Shown piece by piece: positions 9,562-19,300 of a stretch of DNA of 63,954 nt. The translations under genes were made by a program, and so were the position numbers. Every line of letters begins with the position of its first letter. Position 1 is the first letter of the stretch. The notes under the pieces were generated by a model that saw only the letters and a program-made list of their open reading frames with translations, had not been told where the DNA came from and ran no database searches. The DNA is from a virus (taxonomy: Duplodnaviria > Caudoviricetes). The stretch covers positions 1 through 63,954 of IMG/VR virus record IMGVR_UViG_3300004154_000014; one strand, written 5' to 3'.

Positions 9562-10164
9562 ATGAACGAGCCATCCGAAACACCGAAACAACAGGAGTTG
9601 TTGGAAGCGCAGACCCAGTGGTTTCACGTCTTCAAGGCGATGATCGAGCAGGGTGACGTGGCCAAGATGGGGCCGCATGCCTTCACGGTCTATGTCGTGA
9701 TCAAGGCCCATACCAATTTCTCGACTGGCCATGCCTTCCCCGGGATTGACGTAATCGCCGAGAAATCCGGGGTCTCCGTCGCGCAGGTAAAGCGCGAACT
9801 GAAAACCCTGGAAGCAGCCGGCTACATCACCAAGGAAAAGCGTGGGCGGTCCAACCATTACATCTTGCGCGAGAAGATCAACGTCACCGACGCACATGGC
9901 CGCCCGCAAGCCGTAGCCACCTGGGACTACCTGCCCAGCAGTGTCCAGCATGCCGTGGCCGACCTGAAAAACGTGCTGGTGTCCGGTGACCTGGCCGGCG
10001 CCAAGGTCGTGCATATCGAGCGCTTGCAGGTGAACGTCACCCACCTGCATGACAACGCGATGAACTTCAACGTGCAGGAGTTCACGGCGGATCTGGAGAA
10101 GCTGCCCAAAGCCATGCGGGACAAGCTGCTGGCCAACTGGAAAAGCCAGCAGGATGACGAGTGA
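9562..10164 (+). CDS. Winged-HTH (HTH_36-like) protein, putative plasmid/phage replication initiator (Rep)
   Basis: AFTVYVVIKAHTNFSTGHAFPGIDVIAEKSGVSVAQVKRELKTLEAAGYITKEKRGRSNHY typical of initiator N-termini; followed by origin-like DNA. Confidence 0.7.
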   Translation: MNEPSETPKQQELLEAQTQWFHVFKAMIEQGDVAKMGPHAFTVYVVIKAHTNFSTGHAFPGIDVIAEKSGVSVAQVKRELKTLEAAGYITKEKRGRSNHYILREKINVTDAHGRPQAVATWDYLPSSVQHAVADLKNVLVSGDLAGAKVVHIERLQVNVTHLHDNAMNFNVQEFTADLEKLPKAMRDKLLANWKSQQDDE

Positions 10165-10172
10165 GCAGACCG

Positions 10173-10350
10173 TCAGAGTTATACACAGCTCAGTGTGATA
10201 CGTATCAGCCTGAGACTTGTCGAACCTGAATAGGTCTCACCCTGACACCAATACTCCCCGAATAGGTGTCAGGGTGAGCCCCTAAAAAGAAAGATGTAAA
10301 AGCTTAAAAAGATCGCAGCGGAGCCCTCCGGCCCCGCCACGTTATCCACA
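10173..10350. other. Putative plasmid-type replication origin (DnaA boxes + iteron-like boxes + AT-rich tract)
   Basis: TTATACACA 10179-10187 and TTATCCACA 10342-10350; TCA-N3-TGA at 10190, 10205, 10237, 10269; 14-bp IR 10236-10249/10265-10278; A-rich tract 10283-10311. Confidence 0.72.
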
Positions 10351-13300
10351 TCACTCGCTGAACAGACCCATCCCCACTTTCAGTGTGACCAGCTCGTCGA
10401 GCGACTCCGGGTATTTCAGGACGCTCCCGTTGAGCGGATTGCCGAACTGGTTGAACACATGCCCGTCCATCACCGACTGCATGCTGCTGAAATACCCTTC
10501 CAGGGTTCCCAGCATCAGCGCCTTGGCCGGGTTCTCGCGGAACATCCGCAGCAGCACCTTCTGAATCCGGATGTAGTATTTGGTGAACATCAGGATGCCC
10601 TTGTCGTTCAGGTACTGGATTACCCGATGGCTCGGGATGTCGTAGTTGATGAACGCATCGGAGACCGTCTCCACGGCCTGCTCATGGGCCATCGGCTGGT
10701 TGCTGCGCCCGACCAGGTGCTGGTAGAGCGTGTAGCGGGCCATGAAGTCCGACAGCTGGGTGCCCTGTCCGAGCAGTCGGTAGAGCGGCGTGTCGTGGGC
10801 GACGTAGAGCGTCTTGCCCAAATCCTTGACGAAGCCAGGCAGGTTGCGGGTCTTCTTCTCCAGGTAGGCCAGCGCCTGTCCCCGGTAGCTGTAGGGATCG
10901 TCCTCCACCGAGACATCCTCGACGATCGACGGCAGCAGGCCTTCCTCGATCAGCTTGCCGACCGGATTGCGCGCCAGCGCATCGCGCAGCTCCACTACCC
11001 GCTGACGCAGCTCGTCCACCCCGCCCACCAGGTAGCCGGCATCGAGCATGCTCTGCAGCTTGACCAACTCGTGGGTATCGCGCCGGTAAGCCAGCGCCCC
11101 CTGCAAGGCGATCCGGTGGTGCTTGAGCACGTCCGCCGGCGACACCCCTTCCCACAGCAGCTGCGTCAAGTTCGACTGCATGTTGCCCAGCAAGGTCAGG
11201 CCCGACTTCACCACGATGATGTCCTTGGCTTCCCCCACCAGCGTCTCGACGATGCCTTCCCCCTGGCGAATCCTTACCGCCGCCTTCTCCCCGAATACCG
11301 CCTCCCCAAACATCACCACCAGATTTTCCCAAGTCGAGCGCAGCTCCGGGTCCTTGTCGAAGGCACTCGACAGGCTCGGCTTGCGGTACCCGAACACCAG
11401 GTCCAGCAGATCGCTGCGCACCAGCATCAGGTCTTCGCCCCACACTGCCCGGATCTTCTCCTTGGTCTGCTGAGGCAGCATGATCCAGGCCTCCCTGGCT
11501 TCGCTGTCGGGGCTGGTCGGGCTGACCTCCACATAGGCTTCCGGACGCTCGGCATATTCCTTGAGGTACTGCTCATGCAGAGCCTCCACCGTGCGATCGT
11601 TCTGCTCGCGCCCGCTCTCCTTGTCGAACAGGTTGCCGGCCATCACCCCGAGCACCTGGTCCATGGTGTCGGTGCGCTCGAGCAGTCGATCCTTGTTCTC
11701 CTCGCTCATCATGTAGCGGTAGTTGACCACCTGCCCCTGGGCATTCACGACCGGCAGCATTCGCCGCTGGGTCGACTTACCCGGATGGTAGGCCTCGCTA
11801 GCGGCGAACAACGCCGCGATCTCCTGCGCACGCTGGCGTGCCACTCGACCGTTGAGGCGAGTGCGGTACTTGCTCGGCTGCTCGGTAAGAAACGAGTTGA
11901 CCCCGCTGTGCAGCTCCCGCCCCCGGGTCTTGTCACCGGTGAAGGAAATCACCCCCGACTGGTAGGCCTGGGTACCGCCGTGCTTGAGCACATGCACATA
12001 CCGCAGGGCCTGGTCGGGATCGGCCGGGTCGACATGCACCGGATGCTCCAGGCGCACGTACCCGGACGCCACCAGCTGGTCAGCCACCTGCCCACCAGCC
12101 ACTTGCAGGTCGGTGTTGGGATTGAAGATTTCCGGTACGAAGCCCTGCAGGCGCAGCGCCTCGCTGCCACCGAACAAGCGCTGGGCCGACTGCTTCTGCA
12201 GCTCGCGGTGAGTCAGCAGGGTCAGCAGCGCACCGTTCTCGTTACCTCGTGCCAGCTCGCTGTTGAGCACCTGCCCGGCCATGGCCCGGTAGGCCATGTC
12301 GGTGTAGGACAGCGCCAGCAGGGCCTGCAGGCTGTCTAGCGCCGGTACCGCCAGCTCGACCTCGGCCTGAGACAGCTTGCCGGCCCGGGGCGTCCCGGCC
12401 AGGCTGGCGATGTTCAGGGTGTTGCTCATCACATGCGGCCCGACCACCAGCCCGGTGGCCTTGTAGTAGGCCAGGTCCTTCACCTGCCGAATGTAGTAGC
12501 GCCCCATCTGCCCGAGCTTGCGCACCCGTGCGATGTGCTCGGCGAGGGTCTTCTCGAGTTCCTGCGGATCGTTGATCAGCCGGGCGATGCCCTCGATCCC
12601 GTAACCGTCCAGCAGCGCCTGCAGATCGGTACGCAGCAGCACCTTGCTGAGCGCCGTCTTGTGCTCGCGGGTGAGGTCCTCGCCCTCGTTGGCATAGCTC
12701 TCGGCGATCAGCTTGCTCACATCGCCGATGATCCCCTTGCGCTGCTGCTCGAGCTGCTTGGTCACCCGCGACAGGGTGTAGGCATACTGCGTCGCCTCGC
12801 TAGCACCCCTGGTTTCGTTGACCAGTCCGGCCACCACGCCCAGGCGTCCCGGGAAGTGGGCATCGCGCAGCCGCTGCAAGCCGTCCATCAGGTAGTTCAG
12901 TCGCGCCGGCGCCGCTGCCCCCGGCAGCTTACCCATCACCCGGATGATGCCCTGGCTGGATTCGCGGAAGAACTTGGTCTTGCCGAGGGTCTCCAGATGG
13001 CTGCGCACTTCCTTGCTGGCACTTTCCAGCAGGCTGTCGAAGCGATCGGCCAGGGTCCCCTGGCTGCGCTGCATCAGGGCGTAGCGGCGCTTGGCCTCGA
13101 TGTCCACCAGCTGGTCGACCAGGTTGCCCAGGCGAATGTCCTGGCGCTCGCCGGCCGAGACGTTGGCCAGCTTGTTGCCGAGCCCATCGAGCAGATCCTC
13201 GAACAGGCTGCGCAGCTTCTCGAACCAGCCCATCGCCGCCCAGTCGCGTACCGCCACCTCGGCCGTCAGCTGGCCCATCTTCGCTTGCAAGGGCTCGTAG

Positions 13301-16300
13301 ACCAGCCCCAGGGCGACGAACCGGGCCAGGTAATCCGACCGTCCCTTGCTGCCCGCCGAGGCCTTGAAGACGAAGTCCCACTGCCCCTGCGCCGTCTGCT
13401 TGGCCACCGGCGAAGCCAGGAACCAATCGCCTGCGTAGAAGTCCTCTGGCTTGACCTGCTGGCGCGCTTCACGAAACAGCTCCTGCAGGCGGCGGTAGGC
13501 CACGCTCGATACCCCGTTCTCCTGCTCCAGGGCCGCCTTCACGGTAGCCTCGACCTGCTCCAGTACATAGGCCTCGGCTTCGCTGAACGGCAGGCCGGAA
13601 GCCAGGGAAGCACTGGCGAACGGCAGCTGCCCGGTGTACAGGGTCTTGAGGTAGACATCGGTCGGGGTCAGCGCCTGGTTCTGCTGACGCTGGACCTTGA
13701 AGCTACCGAACGGTCCATGCAGCTCGGTGACAATGCCATCGAGCAGGCCAAGCAGTCGCTCGCGGCGCGTCCCGTTCAGAACGGTCTGGCCGTACTGCTC
13801 GAGCGCTTCGAAGATTTCCACCGTGCCCAGCTCCAGCGCCGCCGTAGCAGCCTGGGCCGAAGGGCTGGCCATTGCCAGGGTGCGTACCCCGACCGCCGGC
13901 CGCAGCGAGGCCTCCTTGTAAAGTCCGGAGACGTTCTTGACCAACAGGGCCATCCCGGTCTTGTGAACCTTCTGCGGCGACAGCCCGCTGCCGGCGAAGA
14001 GCAGATCGATCAGCGTGCGGATGAAGGCGTTCACCCCGGTGATCAGCGAGTTCTTCGCCGTCGACTGGTTGAGGGTGATCCGCTTGAGCACCTGCTCCTG
14101 GAAGTCCTGGTTGGTCATCCCCCAGGCGACCAGCTCGTCGACATTGGCCACCGCCGGCCCGAACTGGTTGCCCAGTCCCTGCTCGTTCACGTAGGCCGCA
14201 GCCTTGCGGCGGATCTCCTCGAGGTTGCGTACCAGCTCCCAGACCTGGGGAGAACTGCCGTCCTGGCCCCGTTGGATCACTCCGGCGATCGAGGCGTGGA
14301 CCAGTTCGTGGAGCAGCAGCTCGGCGTTGATCCCGGCATGACGGAACTGTGCACCCTTGACGAAGATTTGCCCTTGGCCGTTGCGCACCTCGTACCAGCC
14401 GCGGAACCCGGTCACGCCCTGGGACGCGCTGACCGTCGGATCGGTGGCCGGTGTCACGTAACGTACCGTCAGGTTGCGGTCGATCACCTTGGCCACTGCC
14501 TTGAGCAATTCGGCATTGGCACCGGTCAGCCGGCCCTTGAGCAGACCCATGACCCGACCCACCGGCATCTCCGGCTGGGCAGCGAGCGCCTGCTCGAGTT
14601 CTGCATCGACCTCGAACAACGGCGTGCCCAGCTCGCCCCAGTGATTGACAGCCTCCCTGGCTTGCTCGGTTACTGCCTGCAGCACGTAGGCCGCTTCCCG
14701 GGGCGCCAGCACTTCGTTGGCTGCCGTCTCCAGCGCCTGGTTGTGCTCGAGCATCTGCTGCTGAACCTCGACCACCCGGGCCTGGACCTCGGTCAGGACA
14801 TTCGGTGCCCGAGCAGCTGCCGCCACTGCAGTCACCTGCGGCACGCTGGCCGGCGCCTGTATCGGGACCGCCTGGTCTTCCTGTAGCTCGGTCGAGGCCT
14901 CTACTGGCCTACCTGGCAGCAGGGCATCCAGCTCGGCAGCCTGCAGGCGCATCGATTCCCGCACCTGGGGCGACAGCTCGGCCTGCAGACGGCGGGCCTC
15001 CTGGCGCTGCTCTTCGGTGACCTCGTAGGCACCCCCTTCGAACGCATACTGGTCGACGATCGCCAGGTTGGCGGCGTTGTCCAGCTTGGCCCATTGGGCG
15101 TCGTAGGCCATCCGAGTCACCCGTTGCAGGACGAACTCCGCCGGCCCAAGGCCGCTGTTGACATACTCCTCCACCACTTCCTTGCCCATCCGGGTCATCA
15201 CTGACTGCAGGGCTGCGGCCATCGACTCGCGCAAGCCAGGAGAGTTATCCCGGGCCAGCAGATCGAGGGCACCCACGATGCTGCGCTCCCAGACCTCCTG
15301 GATTTCCAGCGGACCCGAGTAGCCGATCAGACGGTCGTAGAGGCTGGCGTTGTAGGCCCGCGCCATCTCCTGCATGCGCCCCACCCCGGTACCGCCGGCA
15401 TCATGCAGGTTGAGCACGTCCATCTTGCCGTAGACCCCCACCGCCGTAGCGCTGTCCAGCGAGTGGGTATCGAGGATCATCGGCGACACGCCGGGACTCT
15501 CATCGCCCCGGGCAATCCCCGAGAAGCGGCCAGTGGAGAATGCCGAAGGCTTGCCATCCATTCCGGTCAGCGCCAGCTCGCGGCCAAACTTGGTCTCGAT
15601 GCTGTAGGCCAGATCGTCGGTCAGGCTGGTGCCCCGCTTGGTCAGGTACAGCCCCGACGCCAGGTTGTCCGAAGCACGCGACATCGCAGTGTGCAGGACC
15701 GGCGCCAGCTTGCTGAGCTGGTTGCGGATGTCCTGGTCCTGCTGGCGAGTGATGTCGTGGATCGGCGTCGGCTGCTTGTCCCGGATCACCGTCTCGATAC
15801 CCTTCCTGGCTTTGTCGCGGTAGTGCCGGTAGGCCCCGTCGAACAGCCCGAAGGCTGCCTGGGCCGTCTGGTTGAACACATGCCGGCGCTCGATGAACAC
15901 CGCGAAGTTGCCCCGCAGGGTATCGGCGACGCTCACCCCGACGGTATTGACGAAGACATTGCGCAAGGCTGCGACCTGCTGGGGCGACAGGCTGAACTCC
16001 ATCGCCTGTTCCAGGGTCATCGCCGTGTCGAGCTTGGCCGACTTGTGCTTGGCCTGGGCCAGCAGCAGATTGACGGTCTCCAGCAATGGCCGGAGCTTGG
16101 TCGGGTCTCCCCCGTTGGCCAGCTTCTCCAGGTTCACGTAGAACTTGTCGACGAACTCGTCGGCCATGTTGCTGATCGCGTTGTCGATCCCCGACCCGAA
16201 GACCATCGCCGTCAGCGGGGTCTTGATCATCTTGCGGCCATCCGAGGTGACCTTGCCGTCGCTGTCGTTGTAGGGCTTGCCGGTCAGCCGGTAGATCCCC

Positions 16301-19300
16301 TCGAGCATGCTGCGCAGGTTGGGGCTCTGCTCCACCATCCGTTGCAGGCCTTCATTGACCTTGGCGATCGTGGCCTCGTAGAGATCGAGGTTGCCGCCCT
16401 GTCCCCGCCAGAGGTTGTAATTGCGGGTACCGTCGGTCAGCGAGTAGAAGCCACCCCGGTTGAGGGTCTGGAAGCTCGCCGCCCCCATGGCGAACAGGCT
16501 GAGCATCGGCCCGTTGGTAACCCCGTCGACCTCGCCCATCATCTGCACGGTGAAGGTCTTCTGCCCGGTGGCCTTGGCCTGGGCATAGTGGACCAGCCCG
16601 ACCAGTGCATCGAAGCTGTGGAAGTTCTCTCCCCCCTTGGCCACGGCCAGGCGAATCCGGTCCTGCTCGGCAGAGGTCAGCTCGCCTTCCCCGTACAGAC
16701 CCTTGCGCAGCGCCGAGACACCGGCGCGGATCACCGGATCGGCCAGCAGGCCCTGGAGCTTTTCCAGCGACTCAAGGTTGGCCATCTTGTCGGTCTTGAT
16801 CCCCAGACCCTCGGCCACCTGTAGCTTGAAGCCCTCCATCGAGGCCTCGTCGTCTACCGTGATCTCGGTCTCCCAGTCCTTCATGTAGAGCATGTGCCGA
16901 TGTACCTTGCTCGTCTGCGGATTGACCAGGTTGGTCTTGAACCCTACCCGCTGCGGCTTCCAGACGCTGGTCTCGAAGTACATGCCGAACCCGATGTCGT
17001 CCTCGCTGTCGCTGGTCAGCTGGTGCACGAAGTCGTCGAAGTTCTCGATCTGGCGCAGCAGGTCGTCGTTCTTGGCGATCGTCGAGGCGCGATGCTCCTT
17101 GTGCAGCTGCTTGCCATCGACACCTACCCCGCCAGCCAGCTCCAGAAGAGTCTGCCGGTCAAGCTTCTGCCAGAGCTTCCAGTTGTCCTGGCGGACGAAG
17201 AAGGGCGTGGACTGGACCTTCTCCAGGGCCATCGCCAGTTCCTGGGGCACCTCCTGGTTGGTCCGCTTGGCGAACTGCTGGGTGAAGGGAATCGGCTCGA
17301 AGCTCGGCTCGATCATCCCGTCCTCGGTGCCGAACAGCTTGCCCAGCACACCCTGGGTACCGACGCTGCTCTTGTAGATCGAGGTGGCCAGCTTGCTGGC
17401 TTCCCTGGTTCCCGGCTCGCGGGCGATGCGCAGGAAGTACACCCGACGCTTGCCGACCTCTTCCCACTCCTTGGCCGGGCGCTGGGCCTGGGCTTCCTTG
17501 GTCAGCGTGAAACGGTCCAGGGTGGCCTGGGATACCTCGCTGCGCTGGACCAGCTTCTGCTGCACCAGCAGGGCCATCACCTGGGCACCCAGCGCCTGCT
17601 CCAGACGGGACTGCTCGTTGACGAAGGCATTGGCCTTGGGTTGCAGACCGAGCGCTTCCATCACCCGCTGGCCGAACGAGAGCACGGCGAGCTTCTCCCG
17701 GCTGCCGACATGCCCCAGAGCAGCAACCATCGCCGGGGTGACGTAGGCATCGTCGTCACGCCCAAGGATGGCGTTGATCTCGTCGGCAGTGTTGGATGGC
17801 TTGCTGGCGTTCTCGGCGACCCAGCTGAATGCCGCATAGCTGATCGCCGTGGCCAGGTTCTCGTCGATCAAACCGTTCTCGTCGAGGAAATCCTGAATCG
17901 GGTCCTTGTAGTTGTGCTCGCGCTGGTTCGCCGGGCGCTGGAACAGGTTGGCCTGGATCTCCTGGCGCCAGTCGCCGGCCAGCTCGCGGAACTTGCCGAT
18001 CACCCCCAGCTGCTTGTCGTCGGGCGCAAAACCGAGGAAGTCCTCGAGGATGGCCCGACCTTCGCGCAGGGCACCGAGGAAATCGCCCACCGAAGCCAGG
18101 GGACGCAAGGTGGCGGCGTTGGCCCTGCCGGCCCGCTGCTCGAACTGCTGGGCGGTACGGTTGCCAGTGCGATAGTCCAGTCCGCTGTCCCGCTGGAACA
18201 GGGAGAGAGTTCCTTTCCTGGTTTCCGCCGGAGCGTCTCCTACCGGCTGCTCCTCCACAGGCGTAGATTCGACCGGAGACTGGTCCAGTACAGCAGCCAT
18301 CTCGCCAGGCACTGCCTCGGGTACCAGCGGCGCAGGGGCTTCTGCGACAGGGGCTTGAACGGATTGCTCAACGGCCGGAGTTGCTACCGGCACCGGCTCA
18401 ATCCCGGCGGCCGGTGCTTGTGTCGCCGGGATCTCCTGGGCGGGAACAGCACCGGCCGCCGGGACAGGCTGGTCCGGTACCGAAGCTGCCGCCGGCGCGA
18501 ACACCACATCGAAGCCGGCCTGCAACTCACGACTGGCTGCCCGCAACGCTTGTGCCTCGGCAACGATCCCGTCGACCAGTGGTCCGCTGCGGGCGCCGAT
18601 CTCCAGTCCCCCGTTGGCACGCAGCTCTTCCCGGCTCAGGGTCAGAGGCGCGATCTCCCACTGGCCGTTGCCGGCCGAGGTCATTTGCAGGCTTTCCCCG
18701 GAACTGCGTGCCTGCCGATAGGCCTGCACCGCCTGGCGGGCCTTGACCGAATGGACCTGGGCGAAAGTGCGCAGACCATCGATCTGAGTGCGTGCTGCTG
18801 CCGGGTCGCCGGACGAGACCGCCTGACGGAAGCCAGACCGGTAATCGGAAATCCCTAGGTAGCCCTGCTTGCGGTTACCCAGCAGCACATCCTGGTTCAC
18901 TCCCTGCAGACCCTTGGCCTGGTTCTCCGCCTGTCGGCTGGACGAGAGCATCCGCAGGTACTGGCGCTGGGGCGTGCTCAGGCCATTGGTTTCGTTGTCG
19001 GCCAGCTCGCTGAGCTGGGTATCGCTGAATGCTCCCGGGCTGCGCATTGCCAGAGTGATGACCTGGTCAGTAGCTTGCTGGCGTGCCTCCGGGGCCACCT
19101 CGCCTTCCGGTGCACTGACCTGCTGCAGCAGCCCATCCATCTGCTCGGAGGAAGGACGCACCAAGGCTTCCATCCGGGCGCGCTGCTCGCGGGCGACGCT
19201 CAGGCTCTTGTCCAGGGCAGCGACTTCCTTGCGCTGCTTGGTGGCATCGCCGGCAGTCTTCCGGTGATCGTCCAGGGTTGCCTTGACCAGGTCGATCGAC

